Positions 20,991 through 31,399 of a stretch of 64,000 bases of DNA are shown here, piece after piece (position 1 is the stretch's first letter; each line of letters opens with the position of its first letter). The notes under the pieces are model-generated. The model made no database searches and was not told where the DNA came from. It worked only from the letters and a program-made list of their open reading frames with translations. The stretch lies in IMG/VR virus record IMGVR_UViG_3300010158_000027, positions 62,001 through 126,000 of that record; one strand, given 5' to 3'. Made by a program: the position numbers and the translations under genes.

Positions 20991-21716
20991 ATGATTGATG
21001 ATATTATAAGAAAAGCAATAAGGGAAGCAACATCTACGTCAGGGTCTGGTAGGGGTTCATACATCGCGCCCCTAACTAACGGCATTCGTAAATTTAAAGA
21101 TATCGATAATCAACCGTTCACCATACAGGTATCCAAATACGATTCACCATTTTTAGAATATGATAGTTACGATGGGTCAATGTCGACACCAAAAAAACAA
21201 ATCAAAAAAATAGAAAAACAGGCAGAAAAAATTACCAATTATATTACAAACCATCCTTACGCAACATTTAGTGATGATGACGGTAATGTTATAAATCAAA
21301 CGCCAGGTAAAGGTAAAAAATTCGTACCAATTAATGAGTGGGTTGATTTAAATAGTATTAATTTAAATGAGGATTTAGGTGTTTGGTTTGGTACTAAGAA
21401 AAAACCGAAGGGGTCTAAACAACCAAAAGGGCCGTGGGTTAATATATGTAGAAAAGTCGATGGTAAACATCCCCCTTGTGGTAGGTCAGAAACGGATAGT
21501 GGTGGATACCCTAAATGTCGAGCTGCCGGTGTTGCAGGAAAAATGTCTGACTCAGAAAAAAAATCAGCATGTCAACAAAAAAGAAGTGCAGAGAAAAAAG
21601 ATACACAAACAGGAAAGGGACAAAAACCTGTAATGACCCATTACGAACCAAAAAAGAAAAAGACTCAAAATGAGTCTTTAGAAATGATTGTTAGAAATAT
21701 TTTAAATAGTTTTTAA
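20991..21716 (+). CDS. hypothetical protein with a Cys-containing WF...PCGRS...YPKC domain (DUF5872-like)
   Basis: DLGVWFG...WVNIC...PCGRS...GYPKCR...MSDSEKKSA motif recalled from viral proteins. Confidence 0.5.
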   Translation: MIDDIIRKAIREATSTSGSGRGSYIAPLTNGIRKFKDIDNQPFTIQVSKYDSPFLEYDSYDGSMSTPKKQIKKIEKQAEKITNYITNHPYATFSDDDGNVINQTPGKGKKFVPINEWVDLNSINLNEDLGVWFGTKKKPKGSKQPKGPWVNICRKVDGKHPPCGRSETDSGGYPKCRAAGVAGKMSDSEKKSACQQKRSAEKKDTQTGKGQKPVMTHYEPKKKKTQNESLEMIVRNILNSF

Positions 21717-22174
21717 CAGTAAGCTCCCGAACAATGTCTTTTACCGTCTAACCCTTTAATTTTTCCTTTACAGACTTGTACAGCGTGTCCATTTGAATAA
21801 GCTGAGGGCCAAACATCATATTTAGCTTTAGCCGATGCGATACCTCTCGAACAAAGTTTAGTTCCCACTTTCTTTTTACCCTCCTTAACCATATCTTTAT
21901 CATCAATATCCATTGATAATTCCATACCGTCTTTCTTGGTTTCATTCATTAAAAAATCAAATACTTGATCCATATTGTTTTTTGATTCAGAAATATGATC
22001 TTGAGCCCAATCATGACCATTGTCTAAGATTTTTTCAACCATACTTTCATCTAAATCTAAAAGTAAATCACACTGTCTTCTCATTTGTTCTAAATTAGAA
22101 AAAAACATATATCTGGATGATCCGTCATGTTCTTCTTTTAAAACTTTTTTAATTATTTTTGATAAATTGTCCAT
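21713..22174 (-). CDS. hypothetical protein with a KYDVWPSAY motif
   Basis: C-terminal LCSRGIASAKAKYDVWPSAYSNGHAVQVCKG; converges on the previous gene. Confidence 0.6.
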   Translation of the reverse strand: MDNLSKIIKKVLKEEHDGSSRYMFFSNLEQMRRQCDLLLDLDESMVEKILDNGHDWAQDHISESKNNMDQVFDFLMNETKKDGMELSMDIDDKDMVKEGKKKVGTKLCSRGIASAKAKYDVWPSAYSNGHAVQVCKGKIKGLDGKRHCSGAYC

Positions 22175-22175
22175 A

Positions 22176-23657
22176 TTATTTCTTGTTTACTATTTGGAAT
22201 TTTAATTCCCTTTTATACGTATCAACATTTCTATCCGTGTTAACTTTAATATCTATAAAATATTCATTAGGTATTTTATCTTTAGTGTCAAAAATAAAAT
22301 AATACCCATCAGATGTCTTATTTATCTGTGTCCAATCTTGGACTTGGACTTCAGTTTTACCACCCTCCTTAACGTAAATTCTGTAATATGCCTCAACTTT
22401 GTTTAAGAGTTGATTTGATGTATAGGCTTCTTTAATTGTTACATTAACTTTTCTAATGTCAGTATTGAGTATTTTTTCATCTTGTTTTATTCCGTCAAAA
22501 CTAAAACCATATATCTTAGGTTTAGAGTTTGTTGTACCGATTTGAAAGTTACCTCCCGTTTCTAAAAGTGCGAATTCGTTTTCAACATCACTAATAACTG
22601 TTCCGTTAATAGTTAAACCTTTCCAAGTGTCGTAATATAAACAAGGTACCAATGTTGAGGTTAATCCACTTACGTTAACCTTATAAACCCCCTTAGTTAC
22701 TAAACACGTTGATAGTGATGTGTATCCAGTTAAGACATTACCATTCATATCACTTATGTCGACAGTAGGTGGTGTATCTAAATTAATTGGGTTTCCGTTA
22801 TCAAACGCATATAAATAAAGATTATTATCGTTTCCTGCGTAAAATGAATTTCTATCGTCAAGTATTAAATCATCATATGATGTTTCTAAAAATGGTTCAT
22901 AAAAAGTTTGGGTGTGGGGTGAGAAAAATCCGACAGAGTAATTTTCAGTTAATCCTGATATGTTCTCAACTTGTGGGTAATATGCGACTCCCCATCCCGT
23001 CACTCCAGTAATCGAACCATCCAATACTCCGTTAATTTCGTTTGTCATATTAAATTCAATATCCTCATCTCCGAATTCAAAATGTTGTATATCAACTATA
23101 GTTAATGCCGAGTAATTAACGCCACTACCCGTTAACGTATTGTCGTTTTCATATATTCCATTTGTTGACCACCCACTAATAGTTGTTCTTTCAAACCAAT
23201 TTGTTGGTCTTTGTGAGAATGATCTATCATTAAGATTTGTAACCCCAAAATCAGTATAATCATACCCAACACCACTATCCCAAATTTGTGGGACTCCGGT
23301 TGATCCGGAAGTGTTAGGGATTCTAAATAATAATAAATCAAATGAGATAGCTCGTCTTCTACCTTGTGAGGTTTTATCATTAATAAGTTCGTTATCGAAA
23401 AACGAAGTATTCGTCATTCTAAGGGTGTGAGTTAAACCCGAATAACCATAACAATCTGTTGATATGGTACCACCGCTAATTTTATCTTGTAACCCATCTA
23501 AATCAACATTAAAAATGTAACGACTGTAACCCAATGGTATTGCGACATTATCGACCCTACCATAAAATAATTCAACAATGGGATTTCTACTCGTATTGGT
23601 ATACGAATTATAAATTAACGTGTTTGATTTGTTAAAATATGATTTGTGAATAGACAT
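22176..23657 (-). CDS. hypothetical, probably virion structural protein
   Basis: 493-aa beta-rich ORF, TATTTATA 14 nt upstream, next to the gp5-like gene. Confidence 0.65.
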   Translation of the reverse strand: MSIHKSYFNKSNTLIYNSYTNTSRNPIVELFYGRVDNVAIPLGYSRYIFNVDLDGLQDKISGGTISTDCYGYSGLTHTLRMTNTSFFDNELINDKTSQGRRRAISFDLLLFRIPNTSGSTGVPQIWDSGVGYDYTDFGVTNLNDRSFSQRPTNWFERTTISGWSTNGIYENDNTLTGSGVNYSALTIVDIQHFEFGDEDIEFNMTNEINGVLDGSITGVTGWGVAYYPQVENISGLTENYSVGFFSPHTQTFYEPFLETSYDDLILDDRNSFYAGNDNNLYLYAFDNGNPINLDTPPTVDISDMNGNVLTGYTSLSTCLVTKGVYKVNVSGLTSTLVPCLYYDTWKGLTINGTVISDVENEFALLETGGNFQIGTTNSKPKIYGFSFDGIKQDEKILNTDIRKVNVTIKEAYTSNQLLNKVEAYYRIYVKEGGKTEVQVQDWTQINKTSDGYYFIFDTKDKIPNEYFIDIKVNTDRNVDTYKRELKFQIVNKK

Positions 23658-23680
23658 TAAAGTATTTTTATTATAAATAC

Positions 23681-25258
23681 TTAGTTAATCCGAATATTAC
23701 CATTTAACACTTTGATATATGCTTCTTGCATTTTTTTAAGTACGTCATCAGTTGAAATTCCAGACCCTCGACTTATTGGGCTTGGGGGTAACATTGGGTA
23801 TGGGTGATCGTGAGTAATTAAAAAATTAACAATAATTTGTAATAGTTCCATCAATTCTTCCCCCCTAACCATCGAAGACGTGTTAGGTTCAATTACGTCC
23901 GTAAAGGTATTGCCCGTTATACCGTATATGGATTCGTCCAATACTATACTATCTTTGCCGGGTATTGATGTTTTATGACTTAAAAGGTAAAGTTGATCAG
24001 CTCCAAGAGTTGCTACGGTATTATCCGATTTTTCAAATTTAACTGGAACTATAACTTCATTCACCTCATCATATGGTAGTGGAGTTTTAAATCCCTTATA
24101 TACCGAACCATAACCTGGAGTTAAATCGGTTGGTGTAACCATAACCTCATTAATCAAACGAGACATATTTTCAACGGAGACTAAATCGATATTCCCCGAA
24201 AGGTCCGTTAACACGTTTCTAATTTGTTCATTTGGTCGATAATAAAAAGGAAATTGACTGTCTTTTTGTATATCACATATTTTTGTTGGGTCGGAATGAA
24301 ATTGTTTAATTACCCCCACTATGGTTTTTTTAAAATCATCAAAAGATAGTGCCTGTACGTTTAAATTATAAACAATCCCATACGAACTTTGCCCTGTTAA
24401 TGTGGTATCATAATCAAAAAACCCAACTTGAGTTTCATATGAGTTGGTCGTTGGTAACTGTATAATTCTTATACCCCCACTAAATATCCCAACACTTGAA
24501 TTCATTGTTGTACAATAATACTCAATTAAATATTTTAATTGGTCCTTTCTATCTACTAATTTTTTAAAGGATTCGGGTTCACCAAATTTTTGTATTTTAT
24601 CTAATTTAGAGAGCTGTAAAAACGCTCTGTTATTATTAACTGCCGGTACCTCACCTCTTTGAGCTTCTTTATGTTTTCCAGCCCTTAAAAGGATATCGTC
24701 TTTTTTAACTATTATATCGGCAGTATCTCGACCCTTTATTGCTATATCCATTGGTTCCGCAAATACCCCACGTTTGTATGGGTCTTTATATGTGCCGCCC
24801 GTGTTTTTAATGTTTGGTATACTTTGTAATGAATTATCATGCCCATCATCTAAACCACTTTTAGATGATCTATAATCTTCTTCTAAAATTGTCATTGGTG
24901 ATGAAAACGGACCAACCATATAGAATTTATTTCTACCTGTTGTTCTTTTTCTGTCGAAATATAAAATCATAACCCTTTCCGTTGGTTTGGGTACTTGATT
25001 TATAAAATAAGGTAAGAAGGGTAAAAACACAAATGGGTCTTTTGGTGACCACGGACCGTCCTTTTCTGACGTACTGTCGGGATTAAATCCATTTTTTATC
25101 GCTGACTTTTCAACCTGATCGACATTTTTTACTAATGGTTTAACCCTAACTCTTCCTATCATTAATGGGTCTTCATTATCCACACATACGCCCCAATAAA
25201 AATTTTGGGTCATATCTTGTGAAAATGAATCTACTTGTAGTATTTCGCCTTTAGACAT
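23681..25258 (-). CDS. gp5: baseplate hub/spike protein with a gp5-like OB-fold N-terminus
   Basis: YWGVCVDNEDPLMIGRVRVK is a gp5/VgrG OB motif; C-terminal THDHP; no lysozyme motif seen. Confidence 0.65.
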   Translation of the reverse strand: MSKGEILQVDSFSQDMTQNFYWGVCVDNEDPLMIGRVRVKPLVKNVDQVEKSAIKNGFNPDSTSEKDGPWSPKDPFVFLPFLPYFINQVPKPTERVMILYFDRKRTTGRNKFYMVGPFSSPMTILEEDYRSSKSGLDDGHDNSLQSIPNIKNTGGTYKDPYKRGVFAEPMDIAIKGRDTADIIVKKDDILLRAGKHKEAQRGEVPAVNNNRAFLQLSKLDKIQKFGEPESFKKLVDRKDQLKYLIEYYCTTMNSSVGIFSGGIRIIQLPTTNSYETQVGFFDYDTTLTGQSSYGIVYNLNVQALSFDDFKKTIVGVIKQFHSDPTKICDIQKDSQFPFYYRPNEQIRNVLTDLSGNIDLVSVENMSRLINEVMVTPTDLTPGYGSVYKGFKTPLPYDEVNEVIVPVKFEKSDNTVATLGADQLYLLSHKTSIPGKDSIVLDESIYGITGNTFTDVIEPNTSSMVRGEELMELLQIIVNFLITHDHPYPMLPPSPISRGSGISTDDVLKKMQEAYIKVLNGNIRIN

Positions 25259-25454
25259 TGCTTGTTCTCTTATTTATTTCTTCTAATATTTTATTATAAC
25301 TGTTTTCTGTGGATTCTAAATGGTATGTTAATTTTAATAATAAGTCTTTTGTTTTTTCAAAATCATTTTTTAAAAAATCCAATGTATTAACCAAATCTTT
25401 ATTTGATTTATTTCTATAGTCTTTAAGTATTTCTAAAATTTCTTCGTTTTTCAT
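25251..25454 (-). CDS. small coiled-coil hypothetical protein
   Basis: MKNEEILEILKDY... from ATG 25454. Confidence 0.65.
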   Translation of the reverse strand: MKNEEILEILKDYRNKSNKDLVNTLDFLKNDFEKTKDLLLKLTYHLESTENSYNKILEEINKRTSNV

Positions 25455-25455
25455 T

Positions 25456-27447
25456 TTAATAAGATTTACCATATGATTTAACAGGTTTAGTTATTCCTGG
25501 ACCAGCGCCTAATGGTGGTACAAACACGGTTAAAGGTGGAATATATACCTCAGTTTTTCCGTTTTCAGCCTGTTCTTTAGTTTGTCCCTTCATCATCCCT
25601 AACATGGCAGCATTCATTAAGTTCTGCGACCCATCAGCGTTGGCGTCGGTAGGTAACCCCGATTTTTGTAAATTCTCAATTGTATTTGAAAAAGCACGGG
25701 TATCTGACACTCCACCTAAAAATTTAGCGCCAGCAAGCACAAACATGGGTAACCCTAACCCTAATTGACTTAATCCTAAATTTAATAACTTTAAAAGTTC
25801 ATCAATAATACTTTTACAGTTTCTATAATCGATTACAGCCTCACCTACCATCAGTAATATATAAATTATTGAGGCGTACATTGACAACTGTTTACTCTTA
25901 GCTTCTTTAACGATGTCTAATAAAATGGACTCAACTAAATGGGATATATTTTTTTTTATCAATGAAAAAATCTCATCAATAAAAAGTGAAATCATTCTTC
26001 TACCGAAGTTTACGATAAATTTTTTAAATTTTTTAAAGAACTCGGTAATATCCTCAAAGAACGCATCTAAAAACACTCCACCATTTTTGATGGACGCTTT
26101 AATCATAATCATAAATCCTAACATTACTTTTGGTGAAAGTATCGATTTTACTAGTAACATCGGTAAATTAGTTAACACTTCAGACAATACCGCACCATTT
26201 ATGTTAACGTCGGGACCCAATAAATTACTCCATCTTGGATCGTTAGACATACTATCAATACCATTAAAAAATAAATTTACCTTTGCCGCTGCCTTATGTT
26301 CGCTTATCACATCATTAAGTGTTTGTATTGTTGCTAATACGTTTAAGGGTAAGTTAATGGTATCACAATCCTCAAAGGTGATTAACCCATTTACTGTCTT
26401 CTCACATTTTTCTTCAATCTCCCTTAGTTCTTGTGGACTTATATCGAAAAATGAATCATCAATTAAATCTAAATCACTAAACTTCGCCGATCCGGATATA
26501 TCAATTTTTTTTGATGGGTCAGAACATAACCCCATAATTCTTTTCATAAAACGGATAAATGTTTCGATACCCGTTAAATCGTCTAGTGGTTTATTCATTG
26601 CGAACTCGAGAGACCCGAATAATTGTGATAAAATTGTTTGTATTAATGAATCCAAAGAAAAAACCTCGATACTACTAAAATAATCCCTTAAAAAGTCACT
26701 AACCTTTGTTTTACCACTCGGTTGGTTTAATAGAGTTATTTTAAAAAAGTCGTCATACTCCGTTAAACTGGTTACTGGGTCAACATAATTATCAACATAT
26801 TGTATATTCATTAACTGAGAACCTGAGGCTCCGATATATGACTGTCCGTATTGTGATTGAAAGGACTGACTAGAAACTAATCTTGAATACAGCTCTCTAT
26901 TCATTGAGTATGGTATTTGCCCATTTGGCGTGGTTTCAGATTCATAATAAAACTTACCGTTTTCATCCTCAAACGATACTTGTAATATTTTAAATAAATC
27001 AATATGTTTTAACTTAACGTATATATCTACGTCAACCATATTTTCATATGATTGTTCTTCAGAACACCCTATAGTCGTTATGATTTCGTCTATAAGTATT
27101 TCAGATATCTTATTTTTAGTGTTCTCAACTGCCATCATAAAAATAGTACCTAACTGATTAAAAGTTTGTGAGCTTTGTTTGGTATTACTTTGTAGTGTGG
27201 ACTTATATAACCCTAATAACTGATCAAATATCCCTGTTGTGTTATTTTTTCTTTTATTTTGTGATTTTGAATTTTTTTCTTTTAACTCTTTAACTTGTTT
27301 TGTTGTCTCACTTTTTTTCTTATCTATTTTTTCGCGTGACGACACCTTCTGTTTTTTTTTCTCCAGATCTTGATTCTCAACAACTGTTTGAAGTGCTGCG
27401 ACTTTGCCTTTTACTTTTTCGAATCCATCTTCATTATCTATACCCAT
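25456..27447 (-). CDS. hypothetical protein, tail/baseplate neighbourhood
   Basis: 663-aa ORF co-oriented with the gp5-like gene. Confidence 0.7.
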   Translation of the reverse strand: MGIDNEDGFEKVKGKVAALQTVVENQDLEKKKQKVSSREKIDKKKSETTKQVKELKEKNSKSQNKRKNNTTGIFDQLLGLYKSTLQSNTKQSSQTFNQLGTIFMMAVENTKNKISEILIDEIITTIGCSEEQSYENMVDVDIYVKLKHIDLFKILQVSFEDENGKFYYESETTPNGQIPYSMNRELYSRLVSSQSFQSQYGQSYIGASGSQLMNIQYVDNYVDPVTSLTEYDDFFKITLLNQPSGKTKVSDFLRDYFSSIEVFSLDSLIQTILSQLFGSLEFAMNKPLDDLTGIETFIRFMKRIMGLCSDPSKKIDISGSAKFSDLDLIDDSFFDISPQELREIEEKCEKTVNGLITFEDCDTINLPLNVLATIQTLNDVISEHKAAAKVNLFFNGIDSMSNDPRWSNLLGPDVNINGAVLSEVLTNLPMLLVKSILSPKVMLGFMIMIKASIKNGGVFLDAFFEDITEFFKKFKKFIVNFGRRMISLFIDEIFSLIKKNISHLVESILLDIVKEAKSKQLSMYASIIYILLMVGEAVIDYRNCKSIIDELLKLLNLGLSQLGLGLPMFVLAGAKFLGGVSDTRAFSNTIENLQKSGLPTDANADGSQNLMNAAMLGMMKGQTKEQAENGKTEVYIPPLTVFVPPLGAGPGITKPVKSYGKSY

Positions 27448-27455
27448 AAGTAAAA

Positions 27456-27821
27456 TTATAATTTATAATTTTTATCGCCTGATTCTGTGTCTTTTTTAAT
27501 TAAACTTTGTAATAAATCATCATCCATATCTGACAAATTAAAACTCTCATCTTTAGATGACGATTGTTTTTCCCAAATGGTTGATTGTAATTTAGAAAGT
27601 GTTAATTTTTTTTCTATAGTGTCATTAACTATTTTTTGTTGTTCTTTAATGACTGGACCGATCAGTGTCATGTCCTCAGGGTCTTTTAGCATGGCTAACA
27701 TCTTATTTTGAATTCTAAGAGCTGTCGCCCTTTGTTCTACCAATTCATTATATATTTCCTGCATTAAAGACAATACGGAATCTTTATTTAATGAAATTTC
27801 TTTTTTTCTTGATCTACTCAT
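27456..27821 (-). CDS. hypothetical coiled-coil protein
   Basis: 121-aa ORF preceded by TATTTATT. Confidence 0.7.
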   Translation of the reverse strand: MSRSRKKEISLNKDSVLSLMQEIYNELVEQRATALRIQNKMLAMLKDPEDMTLIGPVIKEQQKIVNDTIEKKLTLSKLQSTIWEKQSSSKDESFNLSDMDDDLLQSLIKKDTESGDKNYKL

Positions 27822-27842
27822 AATAAATAAATATTTGAGAAT

Positions 27843-28589
27843 TTAATATTCGTTATTTATTTTTCTTATAGTTTCTAAATACAGTGTCTTATATTTTTTA
27901 AGATATATCCTGATTTCCTTTGTATTGAGATTTGTCATTTCTCTTATCGCTAAGAGTACGATATTTTTGTTAAATTTATTATTATCGTTACCTATAAAAA
28001 TATTACCGTAGTTTTCAAATAATTCGATCAATGCGTTCCCTAATTTGAATTCATTATCATTTAACTTTGTCCCATCTACGTAGTTTTTTAAGTCCGTTAA
28101 AAAAATGTCTATTATTTTTTGAGCGTCCATTTTTTCAAACTCTATGTAGTATATCATATCAGGACGATTCTCTAAAGTTGCCGAAATGTCTTCGTATGAA
28201 ATTTTTCTATTTGTGTCTTTTTGATCCTTTTGTATTTGACCCATTAAATAGTTCTTACAAATGGTACCGAAATACGAATATGCTTTCTTATTTTTAGCGG
28301 GTTTAAACTTATCTACCTTTGTCATAAGAAATGAATGTGTGTCAGCATGAACATCAACATATTCCATATTTTTTCTGTAGAGTTTATATCTTCGTATGAT
28401 AGATTCTATCATCTTATCTAGCGGCTCTTTAAGAAATTTATTATAAATCTCTTCTTTTTCTTCGTAAGATTCGGCAGTGATATATCTTTTCACTGCCTCC
28501 TCCTCACGAACATCAAAGTAATTGGTTTTGTTTTTTTTTACTTCCTTTTGCGTTTCACTATCTTGAGTATCTTTTACATCTAAAATCAT
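27843..28589 (-). CDS. gp55: late-transcription sigma factor, T4 gp55-like
   Basis: KFKPAKNKKAYSYFGTICKNYL resembles the gp55 region-2 motif FDPEK..NPFAYFTQI. Confidence 0.65.
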   Translation of the reverse strand: MILDVKDTQDSETQKEVKKNKTNYFDVREEEAVKRYITAESYEEKEEIYNKFLKEPLDKMIESIIRRYKLYRKNMEYVDVHADTHSFLMTKVDKFKPAKNKKAYSYFGTICKNYLMGQIQKDQKDTNRKISYEDISATLENRPDMIYYIEFEKMDAQKIIDIFLTDLKNYVDGTKLNDNEFKLGNALIELFENYGNIFIGNDNNKFNKNIVLLAIREMTNLNTKEIRIYLKKYKTLYLETIRKINNEY

Positions 28590-29401
28590 TAAACGTTTTG
28601 TAGTTCATATTTTATATTTCTATCAGATGTGAAGAAATGTTCTTTTTTTGCTGACTCTAACCAAAACGTAACCTCGTCATCTGAGATTTTTTCTTCACCA
28701 AATTTATAATTCCAAAAAATAGAACCTTCTCTCATATTGGTGTGTTTGTACCCAATTCTCGGTATTGTCATAATTTTAACAGAATTATATGTCAATCTAA
28801 GTAAGAATTCATATACAAATGTTAATTTGATTGATGGTTTAAATCCTCCGTTATCTTCGTACACTGATTTTTTTATAACTATTCCACTTGATTGGAAATT
28901 TTGGTATGTCAATAAAACGTCATTTGTTAAGTATCCTATCTCACTATTCAAACTAACTGCGAATGTCGCCTCATTAGTGAATCCAGCAAATACTCCTTTA
29001 TCGTCAGTATCAACAACCAAAGGTAGGAACGATTCAACTTCAGGATATGCTTCAATAAATCGATTCACATTTTTAAACCAAATAGATGAATATTCGTCAT
29101 CAAATTCTAAAATTGATACCCACTTACTTTTTGCGTTTTTAACACCAAAATTAACCTGAGTTGCGAAATCTTTATCCCCCGTGTTTTCTACTATGTTAAC
29201 ATCCAACCCTTCGAAATCGTAAGTAGATAAATAGTTTTTAAGTGTCTCCTCACCAGTATGAACAATAACCAACTCATTAATACCTACCGTTTGGTTCTGT
29301 ACCGATTTAATCGATCTCTCAAATAATTCTTCAAATGATCTGTGTTTAGCTGAATCAATCGGTAATATAACCGATACGTCTAATTTTAATTTCTCCTCCA
29401 T
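28589..29401 (-). CDS. glycosyltransferase family 2
   Basis: VSVILPI, VNFGV...WVSILEFDDEY, YEFLLR. Confidence 0.85.
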   Translation of the reverse strand: MEEKLKLDVSVILPIDSAKHRSFEELFERSIKSVQNQTVGINELVIVHTGEETLKNYLSTYDFEGLDVNIVENTGDKDFATQVNFGVKNAKSKWVSILEFDDEYSSIWFKNVNRFIEAYPEVESFLPLVVDTDDKGVFAGFTNEATFAVSLNSEIGYLTNDVLLTYQNFQSSGIVIKKSVYEDNGGFKPSIKLTFVYEFLLRLTYNSVKIMTIPRIGYKHTNMREGSIFWNYKFGEEKISDDEVTFWLESAKKEHFFTSDRNIKYELQNV

Positions 29402-29402
29402 A

Positions 29403-30467
29403 TTAGTTTTCTTCTGTTATTTTTAGTTTATCTAGTTGTTCTGAGAATAATTTATGTCTTATTTCAAAATACTCCCCAAATGTTAATAGTACTTCATCTT
29501 TAAATTTTTCCTCGTCTCTATATTTTGAAGATGTAGTTTCCATTTCAACATATAAATCATCATTTATGTTATCCTCTAACCAGTTTTGAGTAAAATTCGC
29601 AACCACATCAACGATATCATTTATTTCTTGAGTCCATACACCGTTAGTGTCGCTCATCCATTCAGGTCTTAGTGCTGGTATTTTACCAATTACTGGTGTA
29701 CCGCACGACATTGACTCTAATGGGAAAGTACCGAATCCTGATTCATAATCAACCCAAACTGAAAGATATGTTTCTTTTAAAAATTTAGCAAAATCATCTT
29801 GTTTAATCCCTCTCATATCTCTAAAAGTAATCCATCTATATTGTGGGTATTTTAAGTAAAAAGTTTTAATAATTTTTGCAGTATCTCTCGGTTCTCTAGT
29901 GTGGATAGAAATGATAGGTTTAGATGGTTTCTCTTTTTTACTAAACACACTTGGTAATGTTGGTTGGATAATGTCCAAACTAACCCCTTTCATTACATCA
30001 GAAATGTATTTTTTCTGAGGTTCTGACGTTGTTATACATTTTAAGAACCCATATTGTGACCAAGATAATCCAGGAGGTAACGTTTCTAACATGTGATCAT
30101 ATGCTTGACATAAAACAATTTTACCACAAGGGAAGTTTTTAATCTGATCCATAACGTGACCGTAAACTTCTGGAATTACAATTAAATCTTCTGGTGAGAT
30201 TGCTAAATTTTGTCCTTCGATTGATTGGTGGGGTAAATCCATATATGTCTCATCTAACCAATCAGACACTCCTTTGTAATCATTACTCTCATGAATAATA
30301 ATCGGATTGTATCCATTATTTTTTAGTTTTAATGCGATATCATAGATGTATCTAACACCAGCCTTTGGGTTACCTTTAGTGTCCTGCACCAAGAAATAAA
30401 CCCTAGCGTTTTTATCCTCTAAGTTTTTTAGGGACTGCTCAATCTTTTCAATTTTTTCTAATTCCAT
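29403..30467 (-). CDS. GT-B fold glycosyltransferase
   Basis: ESGFGTFPLESMSCGTPVIG is an E-X7-E-type donor-binding motif. Confidence 0.8.
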   Translation of the reverse strand: MELEKIEKIEQSLKNLEDKNARVYFLVQDTKGNPKAGVRYIYDIALKLKNNGYNPIIIHESNDYKGVSDWLDETYMDLPHQSIEGQNLAISPEDLIVIPEVYGHVMDQIKNFPCGKIVLCQAYDHMLETLPPGLSWSQYGFLKCITTSEPQKKYISDVMKGVSLDIIQPTLPSVFSKKEKPSKPIISIHTREPRDTAKIIKTFYLKYPQYRWITFRDMRGIKQDDFAKFLKETYLSVWVDYESGFGTFPLESMSCGTPVIGKIPALRPEWMSDTNGVWTQEINDIVDVVANFTQNWLEDNINDDLYVEMETTSSKYRDEEKFKDEVLLTFGEYFEIRHKLFSEQLDKLKITEEN

Positions 30468-30470
30468 TTT

Positions 30471-30755
30471 TTAAAGTGTTTTTAATATGTTGTTTATTAA
30501 TAGTGTATTGAATGCAATTTTAAAAGGTATTGTTAAATTCTTCGATGCGTGCATACCCAAACCTTCATCGAGTTCCTCCCTTTCAGTTAAAATCACCTCA
30601 ACTAATGTTTTAAATGATTCGTATCTTGTTACACTTATTTGTTGATCACCCGGTTCGGGAGTTCCCGAAAACGGTAATATTGATTTTTCGTAACTAACCT
30701 GTCTTTCAAGTTCATTTATGTCCAAATAGTAATTCTCGCCTAAAAATTTTAACAT
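30471..30755 (-). CDS. hypothetical protein
   Basis: 94-aa ORF within the operon. Confidence 0.7.
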   Translation of the reverse strand: MLKFLGENYYLDINELERQVSYEKSILPFSGTPEPGDQQISVTRYESFKTLVEVILTEREELDEGLGMHASKNLTIPFKIAFNTLLINNILKTL

Positions 30756-31399
30756 ACGTTTAATTTTTGTAATACTTCGTCAAACTCTTCTAATGTATCA
30801 ATTACATAATCACAGTCAACATTTTTATTATATATTGTCGTATATTTCACAACAATTTTATCGTTTGGTTTATTTAATAGTAAGCTAGGGTTTGATGTAA
30901 GTAAAATGTCAATTTCATTCCACATTGAATTAATTGTAGAATTTGAGTAAAATTTTACCTTTTCTAACTGACATCCGAATTTTGATAGGAAAAAAAGTGA
31001 TGCGGGTTTTGATTTACCCATTTCATCTGATACGATTAAGAGTTCATTATTATCCCTATATTTTGTATATATTTCGTTAAGTTGATTAAAGGTGAAGGTT
31101 TCTGTTGATCCCGCATGTCCAAATAATTCCATGGCAAAATCCTCATACATAAAAGAGTATAATTCGTTGTCATCAATAAATTTAAAATGTTCCATTAAGT
31201 TAAGTGACGTAACATCACTTAAAATTTTATATTCGATTTGTTCGGGGGTTGGTATTGCCTCAGTATTACCCGATAAGTCGAGTTCAAAAGTTTTACCATC
31301 AAATTCTGACTCTTCAATCTTGTGTTTTTCATACACTTGCGTGAACTTACTAATGGTGTCTCGTAACACTCCATTAATTTCAATCCCTATTCTCTTCAT
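30749..31399 (-). CDS. HAD-fold 5'(3')-nucleotidase-like protein with degenerate motif I
   Basis: MKRIGIEINGVLRDT matches the NT5C-type N-terminus, but DxD is replaced by ExN. Confidence 0.6.
   Translation of the reverse strand: MKRIGIEINGVLRDTISKFTQVYEKHKIEESEFDGKTFELDLSGNTEAIPTPEQIEYKILSDVTSLNLMEHFKFIDDNELYSFMYEDFAMELFGHAGSTETFTFNQLNEIYTKYRDNNELLIVSDEMGKSKPASLFFLSKFGCQLEKVKFYSNSTINSMWNEIDILLTSNPSLLLNKPNDKIVVKYTTIYNKNVDCDYVIDTLEEFDEVLQKLNVC

Noticed and set aside
25913-26683. 256-aa plus-strand ORF
   Set aside because: Lies fully antisense to the 663-aa gene and has shadow-frame composition
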